Shown: positions 10,811 to 21,929, counted from the first letter of the stretch. The stretch: DNA of 64,000 nt from Burkholderiales bacterium (GCA_044373325.1 JBILQJ010000005.1:656-64655); one strand, 5' to 3'. Notes: a model not told the origin generated them from the letters alone. Program-made: numbers and translations.

Positions 10811-11344
10811 ATGCTTAGCCAAGATGGCAAACATTTGTATGTAGACAATACCGAATATCATGATTTAATTGAAAGATTGGCCATACAAATCGATGATTCT
10901 CAATGGGAATTTGATACGATTTTGTGTTTGGCTCGCGGAGGGACTCGTCCTGGTGATGTCTTGAGCCGCATTTTTGAAAAACCGTTGGCCATTATGTCCA
11001 CCAGTTCTTACCGTGCAGATGCAGGCACGGTGCAGGGCAATTTGGATATCGCGCGTTATATCACCACGCCCAAAGGCGAAATCAGTGGCCGAGTTTTATT
11101 GGTGGATGATTTGGCCGATACGGGACACACGTTAATTAAAGTGGTTGAACAACTCAAAAACAATTATGCACCCATTACCGAGTTACGTAGCGCGGTCTTG
11201 TGGACAAAAGCCATTTCTGATTTTAAACCTGATTATTCGGTTGAATTTTTAGAGAGCAATCCGTGGATACATCAACCGTTTGAAGCTTACGATTTGATTC
11301 GCCCCGCTGATTTACGAGCCAAATTTGCCGCTAAAAAAGATTGA
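10811..11344 (+). CDS. Purine phosphoribosyltransferase family protein
   Basis: LARGG; PRPP loop VLLVDDLADTGHT; WIHQPFE. Confidence 0.88.
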   Translation: MLSQDGKHLYVDNTEYHDLIERLAIQIDDSQWEFDTILCLARGGTRPGDVLSRIFEKPLAIMSTSSYRADAGTVQGNLDIARYITTPKGEISGRVLLVDDLADTGHTLIKVVEQLKNNYAPITELRSAVLWTKAISDFKPDYSVEFLESNPWIHQPFEAYDLIRPADLRAKFAAKKD

Positions 11345-11368
11345 TTTGGCCTTAAAAAACCGTTAGTC

Positions 11369-11476
11369 CGCTCCTTGTTTGCTCAGTTTTTATCTGTTTT
11401 TCTTAAAAAGGTTGGCCGCAACCTTGTGGCCAACCTTTTTAAGAAAAAAGCGAAAAAAGCACATAACAAGGGGGCG
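11369..11476. terminator. Long hairpin built on a back-to-back motif pair
   Basis: TTTTTCTTAAAAAGGTTGGCCGCAA-CC-TTGTGGCCAACCTTTTTAAGAAAAA, plus outer CGCTCCTTGTT / AACAAGGGGGCG arms. Confidence 0.7.
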
Positions 11477-11519
11477 AAAAAGTCATTTGATCGTTATTTT
11501 TTGAAGGAATCCTAACATT

Positions 11520-13313
11520 ATGCGTACCAATTATTGTGGTTTAATCGACCAACATTATATCGGCCAAACCGTCACTATTAAAGGCTGGGCTCATCGTCGC
11601 CGTGATCATGGTGGCGTGATTTTTATTGACTTGCGCGACAGAGAAGGCTTGGTGCAAGTGGTGATTGATCCTGATACCAAAGAAGCGTTTGCGATTGCTG
11701 ATGCCTCGCGTAATGAATTTGTGTTGTCAATTACGGGTTTGGTGCGCGCGCGTCCTGAAGGCACGAGCAACAAAAATATGATTTCTGGTCAAATTGAGAT
11801 TTTGGCCAAAGAAATTGAAGTCCTAAACACGGCGGTGACCCCACCTTTTTCTTTAGATGATGACAATTTATCTGAAAACGTGCGCTTACAAAATCGCGTG
11901 ATTGATTTGCGCCGTCCAGTGATGCAACGTAATTTAATGACGCGCTATAAAGTGGCGATGAACGTCAGAAATTATTTGGATAAAATGGGCTTTGTTGACA
12001 TAGAAACGCCAATGTTGACCCGTTCGACCCCTGAAGGCGCACGAGATTATTTGGTGCCCAGCCGTGTGCATCCTGGTGAATTTTTTGCATTGCCTCAATC
12101 ACCTCAATTGTTCAAACAATTGTTAATGGTGTCTGGTTTTGATCGATATTATCAAATTGTAAAATGTTTTCGTGATGAAGATTTGCGCGCTGATCGCCAA
12201 CCTGAATTTACGCAAATCGATATTGAAACGTCTTTTTTAGACGAACAAGCGATTATGGACATCACTGAAAACATGACCAAACACGTGTTTAAAGACGTGT
12301 TGGGCGTGGATTTACAAGATTTTCCGCGTATGCCTTATGCCGAAGCCATGTTTGATTATGGTTCCGACAAGCCCGATATGCGCATCCATTTGAAATTTAC
12401 AGAATTGACCGATGTCATGAAAACGGAAGAGTTTAAAGTGTTCCGTGGTGCAGCAGATATGGATAATGGCCGTGTTGCGGCGCTTTGTGTTCCGAATGGC
12501 GCACGTTTTTCACGTAAAGAAATCGATGATTACACCAAATTTGTGGCCATTTATGGCGCCAGAGGTTTGGCTTACATCAAAGTCATTAATCCCGATGTAT
12601 TGACTGAAGAAGGCTTGCAGTCGCCCATTGTTAAATTTTTATCTGAAGCAGCTTTAAAAGCCATTTTGGACAAAACGGGTGCCAAAGCTGGCGATATTAT
12701 TTTCTTTGGTGCAGACAAAACCAAAATAGTGAACGAAGCCTTGGGTGCTTTGCGCATTAAATTGGGCTTGGAACAAGGTGCAAAAGACGGCTATTTTGTG
12801 GATGAGTGGAAACCTTTGTGGGTGGTTGATTTCCCTATGTTCGAACATGACGAAGAAAACGACCGTTGGACGGCGTGTCATCATCCCTTTACCGCACCCA
12901 AATTAGGGCATGAAGCCTTAATGGCCACTGACCCCGCCAATTGTTTGGCGCGAGCGTATGACATGGTGTTAAATGGTTCTGAAATTGGGGGCGGTTCGAT
13001 ACGGATACACCGCGCCGACATGCAAGAAAAAGTCTTTGCTGCCCTAAAAATCAGTCCAGAAGAACAACAAAACAAATTTGGTTTCTTGTTGGATAACTTA
13101 AAGTTTGGTGCGCCTCCGCATGGTGGATTGGCTTTTGGTTTAGATCGATTGGTGACCTTAATGGTGGGTGCAGAATCGATACGCGATGTGATTGCTTTCC
13201 CTAAAACGCAGCGTGCGCAATGTTTGTTAACCAATGCACCCAATTCGGTTGATGAAAAACAATTACGCGAATTGTCTTTGCGCATTCGAGCCAAAGAAAC
13301 CCCCAGCGCTTAA
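11520..13313 (+). CDS. aspS: Aspartate--tRNA ligase
   Basis: [50 protein letters not shown]; HGG and FGAPPH suggest a non-discriminating type. Confidence 0.99.
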   Translation: MRTNYCGLIDQHYIGQTVTIKGWAHRRRDHGGVIFIDLRDREGLVQVVIDPDTKEAFAIADASRNEFVLSITGLVRARPEGTSNKNMISGQIEILAKEIEVLNTAVTPPFSLDDDNLSENVRLQNRVIDLRRPVMQRNLMTRYKVAMNVRNYLDKMGFVDIETPMLTRSTPEGARDYLVPSRVHPGEFFALPQSPQLFKQLLMVSGFDRYYQIVKCFRDEDLRADRQPEFTQIDIETSFLDEQAIMDITENMTKHVFKDVLGVDLQDFPRMPYAEAMFDYGSDKPDMRIHLKFTELTDVMKTEEFKVFRGAADMDNGRVAALCVPNGARFSRKEIDDYTKFVAIYGARGLAYIKVINPDVLTEEGLQSPIVKFLSEAALKAILDKTGAKAGDIIFFGADKTKIVNEALGALRIKLGLEQGAKDGYFVDEWKPLWVVDFPMFEHDEENDRWTACHHPFTAPKLGHEALMATDPANCLARAYDMVLNGSEIGGGSIRIHRADMQEKVFAALKISPEEQQNKFGFLLDNLKFGAPPHGGLAFGLDRLVTLMVGAESIRDVIAFPKTQRAQCLLTNAPNSVDEKQLRELSLRIRAKETPSA

Positions 13314-13421
13314 TTGAAAAACAAAAAAATCGGCCAATTTTTCAATGGTTCTTGAGAAATGGGTCGGTTTTTTTTGGCCAACCTTTTGCGGCCAACCTTT
13401 TGGGGTTTTATTGGGGGCTTT

Positions 13422-14132
13422 ATGTTGACCGTGAAAAAAAACTTGCGGCAGTGCTTGCGTTTGGCGAGAAAAACCTTGAGTGATGAGCAACGCAAGCAAG
13501 CGGCATTGGCGCTTGCTCGTTGGCTACTTCAACGCCTTGCGCGTACCCGTCGAGGCAGTCGTTGGGGCATTTATTTGGCAACAGGCAGTGAATTGTCTTT
13601 GGATGTTTGGGTGCAAGCCCTTAAGCGCCGTCGCTTGCCGGTGGTTTTATTACATCCGTTAACGCCAAAAATAGGGCGACGCTTGCAGTTTAGGCCGTTG
13701 TCGGCTGAGGCTTATGTGCAAATGCAGCGGCAAAAAGCGTATGCGCTGCAATACGGTCGATATCAAACCCCGTCCGCTCAGCCTGACGCTTTGGTGCGTC
13801 ACCCTTCTTTTAAAATTTATCAGGCGGGTAATTATGTTAGGCTAAGCGCGCAAACAAATCACTTAGATCAGCTGATTTTGCCTGTGCTTGGGGTTGATGA
13901 ATATGGCCATCGATTGGGGGCTGGTGGTGGATATTATGATACGTCTTTGGCCATTTATCAGCACCAAAGACTTGCGCCACACAAAATTGGTGTGGGATTT
14001 GACTGTCAGCGCTGGCCTGAAAATATACCAACCGAGCCATGGGATGCGGCCTTGCATGAATTTATTTCAGAGGCAGGTGTGCTTGATTTTACAACCAAGA
14101 AACTAAAAAATAAGCAGCAGTCCAACGAATAG
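13422..14132 (+). CDS. 5-formyltetrahydrofolate cyclo-ligase (YgfA/Fau)
   Basis: KKNLR...AR, LPVLGVD...RLGAGGGYYD, EPWD; start set at ATG 13422 after GGGGG. Confidence 0.88.
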   Translation: MLTVKKNLRQCLRLARKTLSDEQRKQAALALARWLLQRLARTRRGSRWGIYLATGSELSLDVWVQALKRRRLPVVLLHPLTPKIGRRLQFRPLSAEAYVQMQRQKAYALQYGRYQTPSAQPDALVRHPSFKIYQAGNYVRLSAQTNHLDQLILPVLGVDEYGHRLGAGGGYYDTSLAIYQHQRLAPHKIGVGFDCQRWPENIPTEPWDAALHEFISEAGVLDFTTKKLKNKQQSNE

Positions 14133-14196
14133 AGACGCCATTTTTTTGTTAAAAATGGCTTTGATTGCTGATTTTAATTGATGAAATAATAGACTT

Positions 14197-15558
14197 ATGA
14201 TGACTGCACAAGAACGGCTGTCTGTTAAAGGATTGGCCAGTTTGTATGCCCTGCGTATGTTGGGTTTGTTTTTGGTCTTACCTTTTTTGGCCTTGCACGC
14301 CCGCGACATGACAGGCAGCACGGGTTGGTTAGTGGGCTTGGCGATGGCCGCTTATGGATTAACGCAAGCCATTTTTCAGCTGCCGTTAGGCATTTTGGCC
14401 GACAAGGTTGGCCGCAAACCCATCATCGTTTTTGGTTTGGTTTTGTTTGCAATTGGTGGCGCGGTCGCGGGTTGGGCCAGCAATCATGATGCTTTATATG
14501 GCTTGATTCTTGGTCGTGCGTTGCAAGGCGCAGGGGCGATGAGCGCGGCGGTGACCGCCTTATTAGCCGACCAAACCAGCGAAGAAAATCGCACCAAAGC
14601 CATGGGCGCAATCGGCATGACGATAGGATTGACCTTTGCGGTGAGTTTGGCCATAGGCGCAAGCTTAGATACTTGGTTAGGCACAGGCGGTGTTTTTTAT
14701 TTAACGGCCTTGCTGTCTATTTTAGGCATAGGCGTGATCTTGTTTTATGTGCCACCTGCGCCGCCTTTGCCACGAAGTTCACAACATCATTTAAAAAGTC
14801 GCTTTGCGCGGGTCATCGCTCACCGCGAATTACTGCGCTTGAATTATGGCATTTTTGCGTTACACGCGGCACAAATGGCCATGTTTAGCATGGTGCCGTT
14901 TCTTTTGGTTGATCAATTACAGTTGGTTAAATCTGCGCATTGGCAAATTTATGTGCCCAGCGTGATGGTGGGCTTTGTGTTTATGATTCCGATTATTATT
15001 TTTAGCGAAAAAAAACGCTGTTTGAAATCGGTTTTTATGGCTGCCATCGGTTTGATTGCGGTCGCACAAGCCCTATTAGGCTTAATGCACCACAGTTTAT
15101 GGAGTTTCCTTTTTTCCATGAGCCTGTATTTTATTGCGTTTAATGTGTTAGAGGCGACTTTACCTTCGTTAGTGTCTAAAATTGCGCCGATAGACGCAAA
15201 AGCCACCGCGATGGGCGTGTATAATACTGCCCAGTCTTTGGGCTTGTTTGCGGGCGGGTTAATTGGAGGCATCGGTTATATTTATTACGGTTCGCTGGGC
15301 GTGACCTGCGTTAGTGTGCTGTTGTTGTTGAGTTGGTTGTTTTTGGCTGTTAATATGATAACGCCTCCGCCCGTGCGGACGATTTTTCGGCCTTTGCCGC
15401 CTCATTATGTCAATCAATTAGCCTTTTATACTGAAAAAATATTGGCCGTTGACGGCGTAAAAGAACTGTCTTTCAATCTCGATAAAACCGAAATTCAACT
15501 CAAAGTTTTACAAGATGGCTACGATGAGGCCAGTTTGAAGGCTTTATTATTGCCTTGA
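14197..15558 (+). CDS. MFS transporter (YajR-like)
   Basis: [11 protein letters not shown], motif [21 protein letters not shown]; lies upstream of ssb. Confidence 0.9.
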   Translation: MMTAQERLSVKGLASLYALRMLGLFLVLPFLALHARDMTGSTGWLVGLAMAAYGLTQAIFQLPLGILADKVGRKPIIVFGLVLFAIGGAVAGWASNHDALYGLILGRALQGAGAMSAAVTALLADQTSEENRTKAMGAIGMTIGLTFAVSLAIGASLDTWLGTGGVFYLTALLSILGIGVILFYVPPAPPLPRSSQHHLKSRFARVIAHRELLRLNYGIFALHAAQMAMFSMVPFLLVDQLQLVKSAHWQIYVPSVMVGFVFMIPIIIFSEKKRCLKSVFMAAIGLIAVAQALLGLMHHSLWSFLFSMSLYFIAFNVLEATLPSLVSKIAPIDAKATAMGVYNTAQSLGLFAGGLIGGIGYIYYGSLGVTCVSVLLLLSWLFLAVNMITPPPVRTIFRPLPPHYVNQLAFYTEKILAVDGVKELSFNLDKTEIQLKVLQDGYDEASLKALLLP

Positions 15559-15623
15559 TGTATTTGATTTTATTTTTTTGTCATACTTATTTTTTTAATC
15601 TGATTTTTGAAAAGGACACACTC

Positions 15624-16115
15624 ATGGCATCAGTCAACAAAGTCATACTTATCGGTAATTTAGGGCGAGATCCAGAAGTTCGTTTTATGCCTGATGGTAC
15701 CGCCATTGCAACCCTAGCCATTGCGACCACTGAAAAATTTAAAGATCGCGAAGGCAATACACAAGAAAGTACCGAATGGCATCGCGTGTCATTTTTTGGC
15801 CGTATTGCTGAAGTTTGTCAGCAATATTTGAAAAAAGGTTCTTCTGTTTATGTTGAAGGATCGCTAAAAACCAGAAAGTGGCAAGACAAAGAAACGGGTG
15901 CCGACAGGTACGCGACTGAAATCAGAGGCGCTAGCATGACCATGTTGGGTGGCCGTAATGACAGTGGCCAAAGCAGCCCTGCGGGTTATGATGAGTATGA
16001 TCAAAGTGCGCCAGCCACTTCAACGCCACCAGCACCGCCAGCTGCTGCGGCGCAACGCAAACCAGCTGCCCCTGTTGCGCCCGTTGATGATCTGGATGAT
16101 GACATTCCGTTCTAA
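15624..16115 (+). CDS. ssb: Single-stranded DNA-binding protein
   Basis: [18 protein letters not shown]...DDDIPF; AAGGA RBS supports ATG 15624. Confidence 0.98.
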   Translation: MASVNKVILIGNLGRDPEVRFMPDGTAIATLAIATTEKFKDREGNTQESTEWHRVSFFGRIAEVCQQYLKKGSSVYVEGSLKTRKWQDKETGADRYATEIRGASMTMLGGRNDSGQSSPAGYDEYDQSAPATSTPPAPPAAAAQRKPAAPVAPVDDLDDDIPF

Positions 16116-16148
16116 ACCCATTTAGACCGAAAAATAAACCAGTAAACC

Positions 16149-16202
16149 CACTTGCGGCCAACCTTTTTCTCTATTTTTAGGAAAAAAGGTTGGCCGCAAG
16201 TG
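16149..16202. terminator. Inverted motif pair between convergent ssb and metW
   Basis: CACTTGCGGCCAACCTTTTT / AAAAAGGTTGGCCGCAAGTG. Confidence 0.8.
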
Positions 16203-16227
16203 AGTTTTTAAGTTTTTAAGAGCTTGT

Positions 16228-16827
16228 TTAGTCAGATAAAGTCAAGCGATAAAAAGCCAAGCTGCCGCGCAGATTGGGTAAAAAGTGTACGACTTGATTC
16301 TTTTCGTCTAGCACGATGCGTTCGATGATTCGAATGTGGTTTTTTGCGCACAACTTTTCAAAATCGCCCAGCATACACCAATGAATGTTGGGCGTGTTAT
16401 ACCATTGATAAGGCATTGCTTCTGAAATGGGCATTTGTCCTTTGGCGATTTGGGTGCGATTTTTCCAATAGCCAAAATTGGGGAAAGTTACGATGACTTC
16501 TCGCCCAACGCGGTGCATTTCTTGCAAAATGTGTTCGGTGTGGTGCATGGCTTGGATGGTTTGAGACAAAATAACCACATCAAAATCTTGATGTTGAAAA
16601 TCGCACAATCCGACTTCGAGGTCGCCTTGTATGACAGACACTTTTTTTTCTAGAGCAGAAATGACATTGGCGGTGGCTTTGTCTACGCCATAGCCAGAGA
16701 CATTTTTGTATTCGGTTAGCCAAGCCAATAAGGTGCCGTCGCCACAACCCAAATCTAAAACATGGCTGTTATTGGGTATCCAATCGGCAATTAAAGCCAA
16801 ATCTTGGCGTAAAACAGTCATATTCAT
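16228..16827 (-). CDS. metW: Methionine biosynthesis protein MetW
   Basis: VLDLGCGDG, VILSQTIQ, FPNFGYW, WYNTPNIH. Confidence 0.92.
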   Translation of the reverse strand: MNMTVLRQDLALIADWIPNNSHVLDLGCGDGTLLAWLTEYKNVSGYGVDKATANVISALEKKVSVIQGDLEVGLCDFQHQDFDVVILSQTIQAMHHTEHILQEMHRVGREVIVTFPNFGYWKNRTQIAKGQMPISEAMPYQWYNTPNIHWCMLGDFEKLCAKNHIRIIERIVLDEKNQVVHFLPNLRGSLAFYRLTLSD

Positions 16828-16840
16828 TGAGTTTTCCTTT

Positions 16841-17350
16841 TTAATCTAAATTTATATCGAGCGACATAGACAAGACTTTTTGCGTTTGTGTTTGGCGATA
16901 ATCGGCCAGTTGACGCGCCAATTCGGGGCGATAAACGGCCAATTGAGCCACCGCAAACAAGGCCGCATTGACAGCACCCGCTTCGCCAATTGCAAACGTG
17001 GCCACAGGAATGCCTTTAGGCATTTGCACGATAGACAGCAAAGAATCTTCACCGCGCAAATATTTAGAAGGAACAGGCACGCCCAAAATAGGGACGGGCG
17101 TTTTTGCGGCCAACATACCAGGTAAATGAGCCGCGCCGCCCGCGCCAGCAATGATGGCTTTGAGACCACGCGATGCCGCTTTTTCGGCATATTCAAACAT
17201 TAAATCAGGGGTGCGGTGCGCAGAAACTACTTGGGCTTCAAAAGCCACGCCAAATTGTTTTAAAAGGTTGGCTGCGTGCTGCATCACAGGCCAATCGCTG
17301 TCGCTGCCCATGACGATGCCGATTTCTACTGTTGGACGATAGTCGAGCAT
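16841..17350 (-). CDS. purE: N5-CAIR mutase
   Basis: [32 protein letters not shown]. Confidence 0.97.
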   Translation of the reverse strand: MLDYRPTVEIGIVMGSDSDWPVMQHAANLLKQFGVAFEAQVVSAHRTPDLMFEYAEKAASRGLKAIIAGAGGAAHLPGMLAAKTPVPILGVPVPSKYLRGEDSLLSIVQMPKGIPVATFAIGEAGAVNAALFAVAQLAVYRPELARQLADYRQTQTQKVLSMSLDINLD

Positions 17351-17377
17351 GATTTCTCCTTAAATTGAGTGAAAAAA

Positions 17378-17791
17378 TTAGAAAGGTTTGGCGATGGCCA
17401 ACCACAAAATAATCAGTAACATGAGGGCTGGAAATTCATTGAACCAACGAAACCAAACGTGCCCATGTTTATTTTTATTGCGTTCAAATTGGCGCAGCAA
17501 TAAAAAACAATAAAAATGATAAGCCAACAAGCACGCCACCAAAGTCAATTTGGCGTGTAACCACCCACCGCTGATGGGTATGCTAAACATTAACCACACC
17601 CCAAAAATCAAGACGCCAGCGACCAAAGGCAGCATAAACCGCAGTAATTTTTTGCTCATCAATAATAGGCGAGGGCGTTCATTGTCGGTCGCCAAAGCCA
17701 AATTGACAAACAAACGGGGCAAATAAAATAAACCCGCAAACCAAGACACCACAAAAAACAAATGCAGGGTCTTTATCGTTAAATAGTCCAT
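17378..17791 (-). CDS. hemJ: Protoporphyrinogen oxidase HemJ (UPF0093)
   Basis: KTLH, WFAGLFYLPRLFV, WLHAKL, NEFP, KPF. Confidence 0.88.
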   Translation of the reverse strand: MDYLTIKTLHLFFVVSWFAGLFYLPRLFVNLALATDNERPRLLLMSKKLLRFMLPLVAGVLIFGVWLMFSIPISGGWLHAKLTLVACLLAYHFYCFLLLRQFERNKNKHGHVWFRWFNEFPALMLLIILWLAIAKPF

Positions 17792-17832
17792 TTTTTACGG
17801 TCACTTTCTAATTTTTTAAGGGATTGGTGGTA

Positions 17833-19473
17833 TTAATCGCTATAAACCATATCGGCGGGGTGATCGCTGACCATGAGCAAAGTGGACAGCAATTTTTGTT
17901 TTTTCTCAAAAAACAATTTGAGTTGTTCTATGCTCAAGTCTTCGCTGGGCAAAGCGGTATTAACGGGGTCGACGGGCTCACCATCTAAATGCACTTCAAA
18001 ATGCAAATGAGGGCCAGTGGACAAACCTGTGTTGCCAAGATAACCAATGACTTCGCCTGCTTTGACGCGTGATCCGACGCTAAATTGGTCGTTAAACCCC
18101 GACATATGCCCGTATAAAGTATTGATGTTGCCATTGTGGCGGATTTTTATCATGTTGCCATAACCACGTTGCCGTTCTCGCGTAATGATAACACCATCTC
18201 CCGGTGCCAAAATCGGTGTACCGATGGGGCCGCGAAAATCCACGCCGTTATGCATACGCACTTGACGCGTGACTGGGTGTACGCGTACCCCAAAACTGGA
18301 CGAAATACTTGGGTTGGCAATGGGTTGCAACACAAAGCCGCTTTTCATGGCCAAGCCTTTGTCATCATAATAAACGCCATTGTTGTCGCTGTTTGGGTCT
18401 TTTTTATTAAACAAAAAGGCTTGATAAACTTGGCCATTTTGAATGATTTCGGCACTTAAAATATTGCCTGCATTGAGTGGCGTGCCATTAAAATACAAAA
18501 CTTCGTACACCAGATTGATGCTGTCGCCGACTTGTAGGCTATTGATGGCCAATTTGGTGTCAAACAAATCGACCAAAGCAAGGCGAATTTTTTGGGGCAA
18601 TTTGGCTTGTAACAGCGATTGTGTCACATCTTCGGTGATGCGTATCGATTGCAAAGTGTTGATGCTGATGGTTTCAACATCGGTGTCTTTTAGCCGCCAA
18701 ACGCCTTGGTCTTTTTCTAAATTGATAAAGCGATTATCACCGTTGCCGCTGTCGTTTAGATAGCGCAAACCAAAAAACTGATTTTTATTATTGGCGTAAA
18801 TTGAAATGCTGGCGGCCAAACGCGTTTTCAGTAAGTCTTCATCATCCAGTGTTAGGTTGAGCAAATGGGTGATTTCTTCTTGAGGCATGCCTTCGCGGCG
18901 TAATAAATCGACTAAATTTTCGTTATCAGCCAATTTTTCTTCACGCCAATATCGAATGCTGTTATCGGCCAAGCTGAATTTGGGCAAAGGAAGGTTGACG
19001 TAAGTCAAACTTTGTTTGCTGTAACGGGTGGTGAGGGTGTAATTAATGCTAATGACAACCACCAAAAATAACAGACTGATGGGTATGATTAATGCCGCTT
19101 TTAACCAGCCCAATTTATGATTGATGATTTTATAGCGAAAAAAACGCAAAGTATGCCACCAAGCCCGCAAACTTTGGCGTTTGGTTTGTCGGCTTGATTT
19201 TTTTGCCCAGCGCACGGCCTTGGGCTTGGCGCTATGATAGGTGCGGTGAGTCAATAGTAAACCGTGGATGCTTAAATAACGAATGACGCTGTCTAAATAA
19301 TGTTCTACCGTGGCAGAAATGGCGCGTAATGTACGAAAAATAAGACGCAGAAAAAAATGAATAACAATATCAATTAAGGTCAGGGTTTGGTTTAATTGCT
19401 GCCCAAACCAAGTCAGTGCTTGACGTATTTTTTTCAGGAGAGACTGAATAAAATTCATTCGGTGTCCTTTCAT
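17833..19473 (-). CDS. M23 family peptidoglycan endopeptidase (MepM-like); start uncertain
   Basis: HNGVD and STGPHLHFEV motifs; TM anchor preceded by a long basic extension. Confidence 0.88.
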   Translation of the reverse strand: MKGHRMNFIQSLLKKIRQALTWFGQQLNQTLTLIDIVIHFFLRLIFRTLRAISATVEHYLDSVIRYLSIHGLLLTHRTYHSAKPKAVRWAKKSSRQTKRQSLRAWWHTLRFFRYKIINHKLGWLKAALIIPISLLFLVVVISINYTLTTRYSKQSLTYVNLPLPKFSLADNSIRYWREEKLADNENLVDLLRREGMPQEEITHLLNLTLDDEDLLKTRLAASISIYANNKNQFFGLRYLNDSGNGDNRFINLEKDQGVWRLKDTDVETISINTLQSIRITEDVTQSLLQAKLPQKIRLALVDLFDTKLAINSLQVGDSINLVYEVLYFNGTPLNAGNILSAEIIQNGQVYQAFLFNKKDPNSDNNGVYYDDKGLAMKSGFVLQPIANPSISSSFGVRVHPVTRQVRMHNGVDFRGPIGTPILAPGDGVIITRERQRGYGNMIKIRHNGNINTLYGHMSGFNDQFSVGSRVKAGEVIGYLGNTGLSTGPHLHFEVHLDGEPVDPVNTALPSEDLSIEQLKLFFEKKQKLLSTLLMVSDHPADMVYSD

Positions 19474-19736
19474 GTAAAAGTCTAAGCAAAAAATGAGAGA
19501 TAAAAAAGCCTAAAAATAAGGACTGCATTGTACGCAAAGAGTACTGCTTGCGCTACTTTTTATCGGAACTGCCTATCGGCATTTTGGCGGTCAACCTTTT
19601 AAGATTAAGAATAGGGATAAAAGCTAGCGCTCTAAGGTTTTCGCTGGCAAAAGGTCTAAAATCATGTCTAAAATTATATGTGGCCAACCTTTTGGTATCG
19701 CCAGACTGTTAAACTACGGCAACACAGAGCCTCTAA

Positions 19737-19768
19737 CCAAACAAGGATAAACCCAAACAAGGATAAAC
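19737..19768 (+). repeat. 16-bp tandem duplication spanning the RBS
   Basis: CCAAACAAGGATAAAC x2 just before ATG 19773. Confidence 0.8.
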
Positions 19769-19772
19769 CAAG

Positions 19773-20636
19773 ATGCGACTCGCTTTTGTTTCAATGATTT
19801 TTGCGGTGATTTGCCAATCACTGACCTATGGTTTTTTATCGGGCGCATCAAGCAATGACATTTTGTTGTTGGTGAGTTTCGGTTTTTTTCTGAGCGCCAT
19901 GGTTTACCAATCAATTGCGATTTTTCAAGGGCAGCCACTCACAAAGAATGCGCGGCCGGTCTTGTTGGTCTTAAATATCAGCACGGCTCTTGCGTTTTTA
20001 AGTTTTTATGTGGCGCTGTATTTTATTCCAGCCTCGTTAGCCAGTTTGATAGAAGCTGCGGCTGGGCCTTTGTTGATGATCTTGCTGATTTATTTGAAAA
20101 ACATAAAATCAAGCGCTAGGCCTTCTGGCTTGGCTTTATGGCTGAATGTTGGCATCTTACTTTGTGGTTATTTGGCCTTGAGTTTGGAGCGCCACGGGCT
20201 TTGGACAGCAACCGAATGGGTGGGCATCGCCTGTGCTTGTCTTGCTGCTTTAGGGGCTTGTTTGATTGCCATACAAAGTAAAACAACCGCTGCGATGGGC
20301 TTGCCTGCAGTGAGCGTGTTAAGTTGGCGACTTCATTTGACTTGGTTGCTGGCCTTGAGTTTATATTTTTGGCAAGGTGGTTCGTTGACCTTGGCCGCTT
20401 TATTGAATATGAAAACCCTTGCTTTGGCTTTGGTCGGCATTGTTTTTCCTATGTATTTGTTACAGCGTAGCATGCAAAAGTTGCCACCGCTGTTTAGCAT
20501 GATTGCATTAAGTTTTATTCCGTTGCTTTCTTACTTGGTTGAATTTTATTTAGGAAAAACCAGCCACATTGGCGTCTTTTTTCTGTTATTACTGAGCTTG
20601 GTTTTAGGATTCGTACAACTTAAAAAACTAGCGTAA
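19773..20636 (+). CDS. EamA/DMT-like membrane transporter
   Basis: 287 aa with about 10 hydrophobic segments; ALYFIPASLASLI pattern. Confidence 0.7.
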   Translation: MRLAFVSMIFAVICQSLTYGFLSGASSNDILLLVSFGFFLSAMVYQSIAIFQGQPLTKNARPVLLVLNISTALAFLSFYVALYFIPASLASLIEAAAGPLLMILLIYLKNIKSSARPSGLALWLNVGILLCGYLALSLERHGLWTATEWVGIACACLAALGACLIAIQSKTTAAMGLPAVSVLSWRLHLTWLLALSLYFWQGGSLTLAALLNMKTLALALVGIVFPMYLLQRSMQKLPPLFSMIALSFIPLLSYLVEFYLGKTSHIGVFFLLLLSLVLGFVQLKKLA

Positions 20637-20662
20637 CCCATTAAAAAAAAGACCTTTAATAC

Positions 20663-20711
20663 TTGTGGCCAACCTTTTATCCCAAAAATAGGAGAAAAAG
20701 GTTGGCCGCAA
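20663..20711. terminator. Inverted motif pair between the convergent EamA gene and yqgF
   Basis: TTGTGGCCAACCTTTT / AAAAGGTTGGCCGCAA. Confidence 0.8.
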
Positions 20712-20728
20712 TGTTTTTGTCAAGCCAG

Positions 20729-21205
20729 TCAAACCAGTATTGCACCATTTTCCATGGCTTGCATTAGGATAGCTTGCGCTGAAATTTGGTCTAAGGCAGG
20801 TTTTTGTTTGTGACCGTGTATGCCCATGTCATTGAGTAAACTGGCTGCCCAAGCCGAAGTTAAGCGTTCATCAACCAAAAAAACAGATAAGCCAAAACGG
20901 CCATGTAAGCGATGGGCAAATTTTCTTGCCAAGCGCGTCATCAGATGTTCATCGCCGCTCATATGTGTGGGTAAGCCCACAATTAAGGCTCTGGGTTGCC
21001 AGGTGTTGAGTAAAGCGCTGATGGCAGAAAACCGTGCCGCATTGCTTTCTACGGTCAAAGTGACTAAGGGGTGCGTGCTTCGCAAAGGCAGCTCACCGAC
21101 AGCCACGCCGATGCGTTTTTCTCCGTAATCAAAAGCCAATAGCGTGCCTTCAGGTAAAGCACGTAAGGCGTGGGCATCTGAACGGGTAGGGTTAAGGTCG
21201 GTCAT
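20729..21205 (-). CDS. ruvX: YqgF/RuvX pre-16S rRNA nuclease
   Basis: LAFDYGEKRIGVA, VGLP, VDERLTS; follows yqgE. Confidence 0.93.
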   Translation of the reverse strand: MTDLNPTRSDAHALRALPEGTLLAFDYGEKRIGVAVGELPLRSTHPLVTLTVESNAARFSAISALLNTWQPRALIVGLPTHMSGDEHLMTRLARKFAHRLHGRFGLSVFLVDERLTSAWAASLLNDMGIHGHKQKPALDQISAQAILMQAMENGAILV

Positions 21206-21208
21206 CAG

Positions 21209-21766
21209 TTAAGCGTGTCCCAAGGTGGTTGGCATTAAATTGAAATCAAAGCCCAGCAATTGGATGGCGGCTTGGTAACGAGATTCTGGCGGATAGGCAA
21301 ACAAAATATCGGCATTGGCCGGGACGTATAACCAATCGTTGCGCCCAATTTCTTGTTCTAATTGTCCTGCCGTCCATTTGGCGTGCCCTAAAGCCACAAC
21401 CATAGACGCTGGGCCTTGATCGTGTGCGCTGGCCATTAACAAGTCTCGGCTGGTTGTCATGCTGATGTGCGGCGTAATGGGCGCAGACAATTGCCATTGG
21501 CCTTTAGGCGTATGCAATATAAAGCCGCGTTCACTTTCAACAGGCCCGCCCAACAAAATAGGCTCTTGGGCTTTATTGGCTGCGCTGGGCAAATCCAGTT
21601 GAGTAAATAATTCTTTTAAAGTGATGCCCATAGGGCGATTCACGACGATACCTAAAGCGCCTTGCTTGTTGTGTTCACACACGTAAACGAGGCTTTTTTC
21701 GAAAAAAGGATCGTCTACTTGTGGCATTGCAATTAAAAAATGATGAGTTAAGTTAGTATTTTCCAT
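21209..21766 (-). CDS. yqgE: YqgE/AlgH (UPF0301) protein
   Basis: HFLIAMP, DPFF, GGPVE, GQLEQE. Confidence 0.93.
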   Translation of the reverse strand: MENTNLTHHFLIAMPQVDDPFFEKSLVYVCEHNKQGALGIVVNRPMGITLKELFTQLDLPSAANKAQEPILLGGPVESERGFILHTPKGQWQLSAPITPHISMTTSRDLLMASAHDQGPASMVVALGHAKWTAGQLEQEIGRNDWLYVPANADILFAYPPESRYQAAIQLLGFDFNLMPTTLGHA

Positions 21767-21929
21767 AAACGGCATTATGGCATAGCGCCAAACAAACTCA
21801 CAATCAGTTTGTCGCTGCGTCTTGTTTTGTCGGTATTCAATTGGGGGCGAGTAGTGCTAAAATAACGCCCTTTACCGTTACAACTGATTTTTCATTTTTT
21901 TGAATAACCAAACCATAAGGAAATTTACC

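Noticed and set aside
13314-13421. 6S RNA expected upstream of the ygfA-like gene
   Set aside because: The gap is only about 108 bp and is filled by a terminator and motif copies.
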